From an uncultured bacterium (GTDB lineage: Bacteria; Patescibacteriota; Minisyncoccia; UBA6257; 2-01-FULL-56-20): 64,000 nt of DNA. How positions within the stretch are numbered: position 1 is the first letter of the stretch; every line of letters begins with the position of its first letter. Of this stretch, positions 1 to 8,510 are shown piece by piece. The translations under genes were made by a program, and so were the position numbers. The notes under the pieces were generated by a model. The model was not told the origin of the DNA and ran no database searches. It worked only from the letters and a program-made list of their open reading frames with translations. The stretch lies in contig CAVOJZ010000002.1 of NCBI GenBank assembly GCA_963696395.1, positions 134,433-198,432 of the forward strand, read 5' to 3'.

Positions 1-551
1 CCCTCAAAGAGGAGCTTCACGAAGTGCACAAAGAAGACCCGGGAGCCCTCATCATTGAAGAGATGGGCGTCACTCACGGAGCGGCGCGAGTCGATATGGC
101 CGTCGTGAACGGCATGATTCACGGCTATGAATTGAAGAGTGATCTGGACACCCTTCGTCGCTTGCCGGAGCAAATGAAGGCGTACAACTCCGTTTTCGAT
201 CAGGTGACTCTGGTGGTCGGAAAACAGCACATATACGAAGCGATCAACGCCGTACCGGAATGGTGGGGCATCACGATTGCAAAAATCACTTCATCGAACG
301 GCTTCGTTTCATTTTGCACGATACGGGAAGCCGAAGAGAATCCGGACAAGGATAGTGTCGCCATCGCCGGTCTCTTGTGGCGAGACGAAGCACTCCACTT
401 GCTTGATGAAGCGGGCTGTGCGGAAGGAATCCGATCGAAGTCGCGACAGGTTTTATATGAACGGCTTGCCGTCGTTTTCGATCAACCGACGTTGCAGACG
501 AAAGTCCGGGAATGTCTGTCCGCTAGGACAATGTGGAGATTTGCGAAATGA
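1..551 (+). CDS. PD-(D/E)xK nuclease-fold protein, sce7726/MmcB-like; 5' end truncated by window edge
   Basis: ORF is open to position 1 in frame (LKEELHEV precedes the GTG at 24). D...ExK-type motif: RVDMAVV ... GYELKSD. 3' end overlaps the convergent Beta-protein gene by 29 nt. Confidence 0.5.
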   Translation, partial: LKEELHEVHKEDPGALIIEEMGVTHGAARVDMAVVNGMIHGYELKSDLDTLRRLPEQMKAYNSVFDQVTLVVGKQHIYEAINAVPEWWGITIAKITSSNGFVSFCTIREAEENPDKDSVAIAGLLWRDEALHLLDEAGCAEGIRSKSRQVLYERLAVVFDQPTLQTKVRECLSARTMWRFAK

Positions 552-1647
552 CGCAAGCAAGATGATGATTGATGCCTATCACGAGCCATGTCGTGGCGTT
601 ACCCGTTTGTTTTGACGAAAGATCTTTGCCTCTTGATTTGATCTGGGCATCGCCGTAACTGAAATTTTCGCCGAACTTCTTGTATTCCGGAAGTTCCGAT
701 AAAATACGGGCGTTGGCGAGATATTGTTGGGATTTTCCCCGCTGTCCGCGCATGACGATCCATTCGTCGTTAAGCGTGTAACGGATGCTCGCACTCGGCG
801 CAAAGAATTGGGTGGACTCTTTATAGATCGGATGCTGAATCGTGTAATCCGCGAAAGACGGATGGCGTTTCAATTTGGCATTTCGCTGTTGCGACCAATT
901 TTTCCAATCCGATCGGGGAAGCGGATTTTTCTCGCCGACCTTGCATCCGTTCAAATCGACGGGAAACGCACCGCTTGCGAAGATGAACGTTCGCCACGCC
1001 GTAAGATTCGGAATTTGTTGGCACAGGCTGAGGATGACGGGATACTCGTTATTCTCATCCTCTTTGAGGTCAACCAACAGGTCGATTTTGTCGACCGGTA
1101 CGCTGCATGAAGACAAAAATGAATCGAGACGCTTCATCAGATCCGGCATGTCCTTGAAATCCGAGCGAACCAAGCGAAGACATAAACCGTGGCCGTATTT
1201 TTTTGCGAGCGAGCACGAAACTTTTCCGACCTCTTCATCCGAACTCAAATTGACCACCGGAATCAAAGAAGCTCCGAGTGTCTCCCCGACCGTCAAAATC
1301 TGATTCATGCTTTCCGCTCGCAGCTCAGGGGTATAGAGCAAGCTGACGTCGATGAACATGGGATCGGCACCCCACTCTTTCGCGATCTCTTCGGGGATCG
1401 TTTGTAATTTTGTTCGCAAAGATCCCACTACCTCCACAAGTTGTTCTTCCCGTGTTTTCGTCTGACTTGGATTTTTGGGCGTTTTCGGACTTGGCATGAC
1501 AAGCTGGATCAACGGAGAAACAAGTTTCTTCTTTTCTGCGTCCAGACGAGCGACCAGTTCATTCAAAGCCCGCCGCTCGGCGGCTTTCCATTTCAATATC
1601 GGGATATAGTGTTCTTGATTAAACATGTTTTTATTTATTCCACGCAT
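523..1647 (-). CDS. Beta-protein family (sce7725-like) protein
   Basis: 374 aa. N-terminus YIPILKWKAAERRAL resembles Beta_protein/sce7725 family as recalled. Start overlaps stop of upstream gene (1631-1647), or alternatively starts at MFNQEHY at 1626. Confidence 0.5.
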   Translation of the reverse strand: MRGINKNMFNQEHYIPILKWKAAERRALNELVARLDAEKKKLVSPLIQLVMPSPKTPKNPSQTKTREEQLVEVVGSLRTKLQTIPEEIAKEWGADPMFIDVSLLYTPELRAESMNQILTVGETLGASLIPVVNLSSDEEVGKVSCSLAKKYGHGLCLRLVRSDFKDMPDLMKRLDSFLSSCSVPVDKIDLLVDLKEDENNEYPVILSLCQQIPNLTAWRTFIFASGAFPVDLNGCKVGEKNPLPRSDWKNWSQQRNAKLKRHPSFADYTIQHPIYKESTQFFAPSASIRYTLNDEWIVMRGQRGKSQQYLANARILSELPEYKKFGENFSYGDAQIKSRGKDLSSKQTGNATTWLVIGINHHLACVISQISTLS

Positions 1648-2851
1648 GCTCCGAAAAATATTTTCGAACCTTTGACTGCGTCATGATCGAATTCAAATAC
1701 TGGTAATTTCCGCCTTCGTAACGCATTTTCCCCGCCACGATCGCGATGTGGACGCCCAGATCCTTGGCCAAGCTTTCGGCGGCGATCGGCGACGGAATGA
1801 GCCGAGCGGGACTGTTGTCCCATTTCGCCGAAGGGACGAGTGTTTCTCCGGCAAGACGATCCGCATCGCCTTCCCGATGATCGTTCGGATCGGGATTGTC
1901 GAGATCGTCGTAAAACAGATTCGCTCCGTCATCGTAATGCAATGCTATATGGGCAAGTTCGTGCATGAGCGTGAACCAGAAATTATCGAGGCGATCGTGG
2001 CGAAGCGTCAATCCGATCACCGGATGTTTGTCGAACGCGAGCGTCGCGCCGTCGAGATAAGTTCTCGAGAAAGACGGCTCGACGACCAAAACGATCCCGT
2101 GCTTTTTCAGGAAATCAACGGCGCGAAGCGGCCCGTCGCTTTCGGCGCTCAAACGGACAAGCGTCCGCATGAATTCGGAGGTGATTGCCCCCTTTTTGAA
2201 CGGAGAAACATTTTTTACGGTGCGGGCTTTTTTGACGACATATGCCGACCATGCGGCAAGCGCATGCTTGTCCATGGGGCGAACGGAACGATACGTCGAT
2301 TTGCGCAACATGCCGAAGAGAGCCGCGGGCGATCCCACTGGACGGAAGAAATCTTCCATCAAATCGGCGATGTCGACGTTCTTCAACAACCGTTTGCCGA
2401 AATAGCCGCGCTCCCCCATTTCTTTTATCGGAAATTGATTCCAAGCGACGCCCTCTGGATTCCTGAATTCATCCACTTCTTTGACGAGCACCTTCGCGGG
2501 AATGCCGAGATTCGCCTCGAGCGAACGGATCATCGAGAGCGTCAAGGGGCGTTTGCGGGAAAGTATTTCCGAAACTTTGCTGCGGCTGCCGATATACGGA
2601 ATGAGATCGGTCGGTTTCAAATTTTGCTGTTCCATGCGAAAAAGAATCGCATCGACCGGATCCGGCAACGTCTCCGGAAAAGCTTTCGATTCATAATCAC
2701 GGATCAACGTGCCGAGCACGCTCAATTTTTCGCCAGCTTCCGATTCGGGATCGGGATCTTGCGCCATGAGCGACTCGATCATGGCAAGCGCCATCCGGTG
2801 ATCTTCTTCAGTTTTGATGATTTTGATTTTATCCATGTTCATATTCGCCAC
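1631..2851 (-). CDS. higA: HigA-like XRE-HTH antitoxin fused to ImmA/IrrE (peptidase M78) metallopeptidase domain
   Basis: N-terminal HigA-like region plus HTH (LKPTDLIPYIGSRSKVSEILSRKRPLTLSMIRSLEANLGIP). C-terminal HEXXH zinc motif HELAHIALH with downstream E/D residues. Overlaps higB by 13 nt. Confidence 0.75.
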   Translation of the reverse strand: MANMNMDKIKIIKTEEDHRMALAMIESLMAQDPDPESEAGEKLSVLGTLIRDYESKAFPETLPDPVDAILFRMEQQNLKPTDLIPYIGSRSKVSEILSRKRPLTLSMIRSLEANLGIPAKVLVKEVDEFRNPEGVAWNQFPIKEMGERGYFGKRLLKNVDIADLMEDFFRPVGSPAALFGMLRKSTYRSVRPMDKHALAAWSAYVVKKARTVKNVSPFKKGAITSEFMRTLVRLSAESDGPLRAVDFLKKHGIVLVVEPSFSRTYLDGATLAFDKHPVIGLTLRHDRLDNFWFTLMHELAHIALHYDDGANLFYDDLDNPDPNDHREGDADRLAGETLVPSAKWDNSPARLIPSPIAAESLAKDLGVHIAIVAGKMRYEGGNYQYLNSIMTQSKVRKYFSEHAWNK

Positions 2852-3123
2852 TTCATATACTCTTCGTGAGTTCCGGCCTTTTTGACGAGAACCATCTGAT
2901 TCTTGTAACTCACCTGCACGAGCAACCGATACTTGTTGCCCTTGATATTGAAAACGACGTGTCGATCGGCCAAAAAACTTGCGCTCCCATATCTGACCTT
3001 GATATCGGGGGGTTTATCCCACCGAGCGACATCAACCTCGGCGACCCAGGCATCAATTTGCGAACCGGCATCTTGATGCCTGGCTTTGAAATCCGCAATG
3101 ATGTTTTTGCCGAAGATTTGCAT
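2839..3123 (-). CDS. higB: HigB-family type II toxin (RelE/ParE superfamily mRNA interferase)
   Basis: 94 aa. Similarity to E. coli HigB core (DRHVVFNIKGNKYRLLVQV ... THEEY vs DKHYVFNVGGNELRVVAMV ... THKEY). First gene of a 3-gene minus-strand operon. Confidence 0.75.
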   Translation of the reverse strand: MQIFGKNIIADFKARHQDAGSQIDAWVAEVDVARWDKPPDIKVRYGSASFLADRHVVFNIKGNKYRLLVQVSYKNQMVLVKKAGTHEEYMKWRI

Positions 3124-3157
3124 CGTGATGGTTGGGAAGCTTCTACTCTTAAATATG

Positions 3158-3172
3158 TTCCCATATAGGGAA
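3158..3172. promoter_or_regulatory. Perfect 15-bp palindrome TTCCCATATAGGGAA about 35-50 bp upstream of higB start; candidate HigA operator
   Basis: Seen directly. A related half-site CTATATGG (reverse complement of CCATATAG) lies at 3210-3217. Confidence 0.3.
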
Positions 3173-3437
3173 TACTATACCGACCAAATTGGCCTGTCAA
3201 TACCCTCTTCTATATGGCCATTTGGGCTGGACTTTTTAATCAAGCCGCGCCATCATTGATGGTACAACTGAATATCAGATAGAGACCTAACCCCGTCAAG
3301 CTTTTCAAGGCTTTTCGGGCATGGTCGCAAACACGCAACGAGCATAAAGATCCCATCATCAGGATCGCTCGTTGCGTCGCGCGGGGAAACTCGTGCGGGA
3401 GCCTAAAAAACTCCGCCTGGTGGTGGGTTTTTTGTAA

Positions 3438-3467
3438 CTCGCCGCCGGAAAGGTCGGCGAGTTTTTT
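3438..3467 (+). terminator. Intrinsic terminator: hairpin CTCGCCG-CCGGAAAGGT-CGGCGAG followed by TTTTTT
   Basis: 7-bp GC-rich stem plus T6 on the plus strand. No plus-strand CDS upstream of it. Confidence 0.5.
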
Positions 3468-3494
3468 AGCATTGAAAAATAAATTAATGAAAAC

Positions 3495-4307
3495 ATGGAA
3501 ACACCAAAACCACCGCAGAAAAGTTTTGCATCAAAACACCCGATATGGATGATTATCATCATCGGCGTTCCGGTCGTCCTCTTCTTCAACGCGTTGGCCA
3601 ACGACGGATCATCGAACAATGCGACGACAACCCCTCCGTCGCAACAAGTCGCGGCGACGCAAACGGACACGCCGCCCGCGAATCTTCTTGCCCTCAAGAG
3701 CATCAATTATTATCGCAACGCCTTCAATGAACCGTGCGCGAACGGAGAGGTCGCGAACATCAGCGATCAAACGTTGAGTTTCGTGGAAGCGAACATCAAC
3801 TATAACGACAAGAACGGAAACCTCGTCACTCCCGACCAAACCTATCTGAGCGTCGACAATCTTTCACCAGGACAGACGGCGACCTTCGAAGACTGCGCCG
3901 ATTCGGGCACGGGCATCGTGCTTGCGCAAACGACGATATCTTTCACCGGAGAATTCGGCGGTTCGACGGACAACGATACCATTCCTTTTGAAGACGACAC
4001 GAAACAAGCCGCGCCCGTCACCGCTCCCGCTTCCGTAAACACCTCGAATCAATCCTCTCCGGCGGCGGACCCCTCCCCTGCGCCCGCACCGGCGGCAACG
4101 ACCGCGAATACCGGTTGGTCGTCATACGCCGCGACGGGCTTTCAAGCGATCCTCGACGATCCGAACTATTATCTCGGCGACAAAGTACAAGTGACGGGCA
4201 TGGTGTTCGATTTCCTTGGTGCGGGCGGGCGCGGAGGCACCGATAATTATATCGAGATCGAAGATCAAGATTGCTCCGAAAAGATCCATTTACGACGCGC
4301 TCCTTAA
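3495..4307 (+). CDS. Hypothetical membrane-anchored/secreted protein with Pro/Ala/Thr/Ser-rich linker
   Basis: N-terminal hydrophobic helix (HPIWMIIIIGVPVVLFF). Low-complexity TTTPPSQQ...PAPAPAATT segment. No recognisable catalytic motif. Confidence 0.45.
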   Translation: METPKPPQKSFASKHPIWMIIIIGVPVVLFFNALANDGSSNNATTTPPSQQVAATQTDTPPANLLALKSINYYRNAFNEPCANGEVANISDQTLSFVEANINYNDKNGNLVTPDQTYLSVDNLSPGQTATFEDCADSGTGIVLAQTTISFTGEFGGSTDNDTIPFEDDTKQAAPVTAPASVNTSNQSSPAADPSPAPAPAATTANTGWSSYAATGFQAILDDPNYYLGDKVQVTGMVFDFLGAGGRGGTDNYIEIEDQDCSEKIHLRRAP

Positions 4308-4600
4308 TGTTTGGGGGGTTCGGATTTATGCCCGCTCTGCACCATACTCTTAATAAGAACCCCGACAAAAATCACTGCTCCTATAGGATCGAAAACATAA
4401 AAGAAATTGCTAACCGTAGAAAGAATATTCGCGGAGGCATGCGAAAGTATCAAATATTCATAAATCAACTCGCCGACGAAACCTATTGTCCCCACTCCCA
4501 AAAGCCAAAGAATATCTTTGTCCTTATTTTTTTTCCAAAGATAAATATTCCATGCCAGAAATATCGCCCAAAGAATTATGTAGATAATGCGCGAATTCAT
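4304..4600 (-). CDS. Small 3-TM membrane protein, hypothetical
   Basis: 98 aa with three hydrophobic segments. Confidence 0.4.
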   Translation of the reverse strand: MNSRIIYIILWAIFLAWNIYLWKKNKDKDILWLLGVGTIGFVGELIYEYLILSHASANILSTVSNFFYVFDPIGAVIFVGVLIKSMVQSGHKSEPPKH

Positions 4601-4611
4601 TTAATTTAATA

Positions 4612-4933
4612 TTATGGTTTCGTCGAGGGGAATAATTGACTATAACCTTCCCCATACGCATTTACTCCTCCGCTAAAAGTATACTTAGATTGAGCATTTT
4701 GACCAGGCAATAGAACTGGACCACCGCCCCCGCCAAAACTACCTCGGAGGGGTGGGAGGTTGAACGGGAGGATTGACGGAATTCGTTGCCGTAGCAACCG
4801 ATGGTGATACAGATGAGATTGGTTGAGGGATCTGCGCTTGTTGGGCCTTGTAATACCAAAACCCGCCGATCACGACGATCGCCAAAATCACAACGAGAAC
4901 AACTACGAGTGACCCGAATCCTCGGCGGTGCAT
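4612..4933 (-). pseudogene. Possibly frameshifted gene: N-terminal TM anchor plus Pro-rich segment (4739-4933), then Gly-rich C-terminal segment in another frame (4612-4797)
   Basis: Two overlapping minus-strand ORFs in different frames have complementary composition (PPVQPPTPPR then GSFGGGGGPVLLPG). May be a sequencing error or a real frameshift. Confidence 0.25.
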
Positions 4934-5151
4934 TAGCTTAATCTTAGCAAATCGAGGTTGCCCAGTCTGTGGATTCGAGCCGTATCGTGTTGCATCCCAC
5001 GCTCAATATGCCACCTTTTATTCTTGTCTCGCATGCCACCTAATGAATACTGCGGATCATGCCGAGGTCGATGCTGCGGTCCGCTCTCTTTCGTGGGAGA
5101 ACATCCGGTCGATCATGAGGAGAACAATTAAATAACGGGGTTGATTTTGAT

Positions 5152-5340
5152 ATGGAATACACGCCCACTGTGCACGAGGTCCAAGATCTTATCGAGGACT
5201 TCGCACAGGATTTTGGCGTAACCCTACCATTCGAGGACGCTGAGCGTATGCTCATCTTGCATGAGGAACTCTGCCTTCTTTTTGAGAAGTATTCGGAAGG
5301 AGAGCCGATTCCTCCGCATCTCGCCTTGAGCGATAGCTAA
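5152..5340 (+). CDS. Small acidic hypothetical protein (62 aa)
   Basis: ORF only. No motif recognised. Confidence 0.3.
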   Translation: MEYTPTVHEVQDLIEDFAQDFGVTLPFEDAERMLILHEELCLLFEKYSEGEPIPPHLALSDS

Positions 5341-5344
5341 CGCT

Positions 5345-5408
5345 GGGGCATTCGATTTCCCCCTGGAACTACCGTACGAATAGCGCCTTGGTTCGATTCC
5401 CCTTAGGG
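5345..5408 (+). repeat. Two degenerate inverted copies of the tRNA-Glu 3' half (T-arm plus acceptor)
   Basis: 5345-5370 GGGGCATTCGATTTCCCCCTGGAACT and 5386-5408 CCTTGGTTCGATTCCCCTTAGGG. Compare the real tRNA 3' part GGGGGTTCGATTCCCCCTGGAGCTA on the opposite strand. Confidence 0.4.
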
Positions 5409-5450
5409 ATATGCGACGCAAAGGTGTGGTTTTATGCGGACTAAAACGTG

Positions 5451-5522
5451 TAGCTCCAGGGGGAATCGAACCCCCATTTGCGCCGTGAGAGGGCGCCGTC
5501 CTAGCCATTAGACGATGAAGCC
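5451..5522 (-). tRNA. tRNA-Glu (anticodon CUC)
   Basis: Hand-folded cloverleaf. Acceptor GGCTTCA/TGGAGCT (two G-U pairs), D-arm GTCT/GGAC, anticodon stem GCGCC/GGCGC, anticodon loop CTCTCAC, T-arm GGGGG-TTCGATT-CCCCC. 72 nt. Confidence 0.85.
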
Positions 5523-5570
5523 AGTATCGGAAAGATTATAGGAAGAAAGCCGCCGCCCCGCAAGGCAAAA

Positions 5571-6866
5571 TCAGTGCGGCGTCTGATCTCTGATCTCTTC
5601 CACCACCTTATTCAACTCCATCGCATGCGATCCTTTAACAAGCACCACGTCGCCTTTGCGCAAAAAATCCTGTATCGGCTTACGGGCTTCGTCGGCTGTA
5701 TCAAAACTTACGACGCGCTCGCGTTTCATTTTTGTCGCGCGAGCCGTTTCGGCGATAAACTTCGCGCGTGGGCCAACCGTGAATAAGGCATCCGCAGATT
5801 CGGCGGCCAATTTTCCCATACGTTCATGAACTTCAAGCGTGTATTTCCCGACCTCAAGCATATCCCCCAGTACGGCCACCCGACGCTTCGCCGGAAGCTC
5901 GCGGAGCGCATCGAGCGCCGATTGCATGGCGATCGGGCTTGCATTATACGAGTCATCGAGGATCCAAGTGAACTTTATTCCTGGCACGATTTGCATCCTT
6001 GCTTCGGCGGCTTTATACCCTGAAAGTGCTTCGGAGATGGCGACCAGGTTCATGCCAAACATGATGCCTACTGCTGCCGCAGCGGCGGCGGAATACGCAT
6101 GGGCGCGACCAAAGACCCCGTCGATACGCACCGGCACAACGCCGCTTCCATATTCCAATTTAAACGAGATGCCCATCGGCCTCCCCTCGGAGTCGCTCCG
6201 ATTTTCGAACCGCGAAACTCGCACTTCAACATCGCGGTTGAAACCATAGGTCATCACATGCGCCCGCGTACGTGATTGCAGATTACGAACAAGTTCGTCG
6301 TCACCATTCAATATGGCGTATCCTTCTGCCGGAAGATATTCAATGAGCCTCCCTTTTTCACGGGCGACTTCCATAGGACCCGGATAAAATTCCACATGCA
6401 CCGGCACATCGCCTACGGCCGTGATAATGCTCACGTTCGGACGGGCAATGGTTAATAAATATTTAATATCTCCGGGCCGGTCGGCGCCGTATTCAAGGAC
6501 AAGAATTTCCGGATATTCGCCGGACTTGAAAACAATCCTCCAGAGAGATGAGAAAACCACCTTAATCCAGAAACCGGCCTTGGCAAGCCGCGCGGTCCCA
6601 GCCGGCGTTTCCCGGCTGATAAGCTTTAAGTCACCGGCTTTCCAATCACCGAGAATCGCGAGCGGCAACCCGAGATCGTTATTTAAATTTCCCTCCAGCA
6701 CGCGTACCCGACGCCCTTTCTCAAGGACGGCCTTCACTGCAAGCTTGGTAGACGTTTTTCCGGCGCTTCCGGTAATGCCAATCACGCCGGGTCGATAGCG
6801 CCACAAGGTGAGCTGAGCCAATTTGCGCAAGATCGCCCGCAGCATTGAAACGAAAAATTTTTTCAT
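5571..6866 (-). CDS. murF: UDP-N-acetylmuramoyl-tripeptide--D-alanyl-D-alanine ligase
   Basis: Mur ligase P-loop GITGSAGKTSTK. Length 431 aa. Position next to ftsI. Confidence 0.9.
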   Translation of the reverse strand: MKKFFVSMLRAILRKLAQLTLWRYRPGVIGITGSAGKTSTKLAVKAVLEKGRRVRVLEGNLNNDLGLPLAILGDWKAGDLKLISRETPAGTARLAKAGFWIKVVFSSLWRIVFKSGEYPEILVLEYGADRPGDIKYLLTIARPNVSIITAVGDVPVHVEFYPGPMEVAREKGRLIEYLPAEGYAILNGDDELVRNLQSRTRAHVMTYGFNRDVEVRVSRFENRSDSEGRPMGISFKLEYGSGVVPVRIDGVFGRAHAYSAAAAAAVGIMFGMNLVAISEALSGYKAAEARMQIVPGIKFTWILDDSYNASPIAMQSALDALRELPAKRRVAVLGDMLEVGKYTLEVHERMGKLAAESADALFTVGPRAKFIAETARATKMKRERVVSFDTADEARKPIQDFLRKGDVVLVKGSHAMELNKVVEEIRDQTPH

Positions 6867-6872
6867 AAAAAT

Positions 6873-8510
6873 TTAATGGGTTGCGCCAATCCTGTCGGGA
6901 GGAATATTGTAATAATTGATGATGTACTGCGACAATTCTTTAAATGCGGGAACGACGCTTTCTGCCGCGAGCGAGGTGCTGGGAAGCGTGTTCAAACGGA
7001 TAAGCGCGATAAAGCGCGGATTTGAAGCTGGACCAAAGCCAATGTAGGAATCGATCAGGTTATTCGTGTAGCCTCCATGGACAAGATCGGGGATGAATGC
7101 GCTGCCGGTCTTTCCCGCAAGCGAATAGCCCTCGATATTCGCGACCTGGGCTTTATCAACCGCAGACACCATCATCTGCGTCACCTGCGCCGCAGTGCTC
7201 GTCGAGATAACGCGCCGAATCGGCAACGGCGAGAGGTCAGCGTTCAAATACGGCCGCATCAAGGTTCCCCCGTTCGCAATTGCGCTGATGGCTGTTAAAA
7301 GTTCGATCGGCGTCATGGAAATTCCCTGCCCGTATGCCGCGGTGTCAAAATTGATCTGCGGCGCCTTCGGCGTCAGCTCACGCAGATTTCCCGCAACTTC
7401 GCCCGGCAGGTCAATGCCGGTTTTCTCATCAAGCCCGAATTTTTTGAGATACGAATCGAATATGCCGTCTCCGATCTGATTTTCAGCAAAAATGGCACCG
7501 GTATTGATCGAGTGCTCGATGACTTCCGTCATCGTCGTGCCCGGACCGTATGGCCCGTGAGTCGTGTAGTCGTAATTCGTAATGGTAGCCGGGCCGATTT
7601 TCAAAAACCCTTTGTCATCATAGGTGGTATCAGGCGTAATTTTTCCCGCATCAATGCCGGCAGCCATGGTAATAACCTTTAGGATGGATCCGGGTTCGTA
7701 AACCGCTTGCACGTTGGTATTCAAAAAATTGCCGATTGGAGAATCGCCGTAGTTGTTCGGATCAAAACTCGGATCGCCCCCCATCGCAAGAATTTTTCCG
7801 GTTTGCGGGTCGGCGACAATCACGCTCCCTCCCGTCGCACCATTTGCCGTAACCAAGTCGTCGAGCACTTTCTCGGCTTCGATTTGAATATTAGGATCCA
7901 AGGTGAGCTGGAGATCGGATCCTCCGGCAATTGACGGACCGCTTGTGGCGACCCCCTCGAGATAATCATTGTAAAATCCCTCGAGCCCATAGTGCCCGCT
8001 TTCGCCGCTGTTATCGGCGTTGGGGCCGACATAACCCAGTACCTGCGCCGCAACCGTGCTCAACGGATAATAACGATCATCTTCGAGGTCGGAATACACT
8101 CCTTTAATATTCGCTGCTTCGACCTGAGCCGCAATGCTCGGATCTGCTTTTCTCACCAAGAGTTCATATGAATCATCTTTTTTTGCAAATACATTCTCGA
8201 GAGTTGTAACTGGCATATTGAGAATCGGCGCGATGGTATTTGCGGCTTCCTGCACGTCATCGATTGATGACGGTACCGCGTAGATGATGGGGAATGCTTT
8301 TTCGATGGCAGCCGGCAGTTCGTTGCCGCTTTGGTCGGTGAAATAAATCGCTCCCCGTTCTCCGATTGCTCCCTGCGACGCCTCCGCTTCGGAAGCAGCC
8401 CGCGCAAAATAATAATCTCCTTTTACCAATTGAACCTGATAAAGATGGAAAAGCAGCGCTGCGTATCCGATAAAAACAAACCCAATAACTATCGAGAAAC
8501 GATAGGCCAT
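6873..8510 (-). CDS. ftsI: Penicillin-binding protein 2/3 family transpeptidase (FtsI-like)
   Basis: N-terminal TM anchor. SxxK (GSILK), SGN-like and KTGS (AGKTGSA) motifs. dcw cluster context. Confidence 0.85.
   Translation of the reverse strand: MAYRFSIVIGFVFIGYAALLFHLYQVQLVKGDYYFARAASEAEASQGAIGERGAIYFTDQSGNELPAAIEKAFPIIYAVPSSIDDVQEAANTIAPILNMPVTTLENVFAKKDDSYELLVRKADPSIAAQVEAANIKGVYSDLEDDRYYPLSTVAAQVLGYVGPNADNSGESGHYGLEGFYNDYLEGVATSGPSIAGGSDLQLTLDPNIQIEAEKVLDDLVTANGATGGSVIVADPQTGKILAMGGDPSFDPNNYGDSPIGNFLNTNVQAVYEPGSILKVITMAAGIDAGKITPDTTYDDKGFLKIGPATITNYDYTTHGPYGPGTTMTEVIEHSINTGAIFAENQIGDGIFDSYLKKFGLDEKTGIDLPGEVAGNLRELTPKAPQINFDTAAYGQGISMTPIELLTAISAIANGGTLMRPYLNADLSPLPIRRVISTSTAAQVTQMMVSAVDKAQVANIEGYSLAGKTGSAFIPDLVHGGYTNNLIDSYIGFGPASNPRFIALIRLNTLPSTSLAAESVVPAFKELSQYIINYYNIPPDRIGATH

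Noticed and set aside
1748-2869. 373-aa plus-strand ORF
   Set aside because: Entirely antisense to the well-supported HTH-ImmA/IrrE gene (HEXXH motif on the minus strand). It is a shadow ORF in GC-rich coding sequence, with no motifs.
3359-3706. 115-aa minus-strand ORF upstream of the 3495 gene
   Set aside because: Overlaps the plus-strand terminator and the start of the 3495-4307 gene in antisense. Composition is non-protein-like.
5341-5420. Second intact tRNA on the plus strand (GGTTCGATTCC T-loop-like motifs)
   Set aside because: Could not fold a cloverleaf. T-stem candidates do not pair and no acceptor stem is found. Interpreted as degenerate inverted copies of the tRNA-Glu 3' half.
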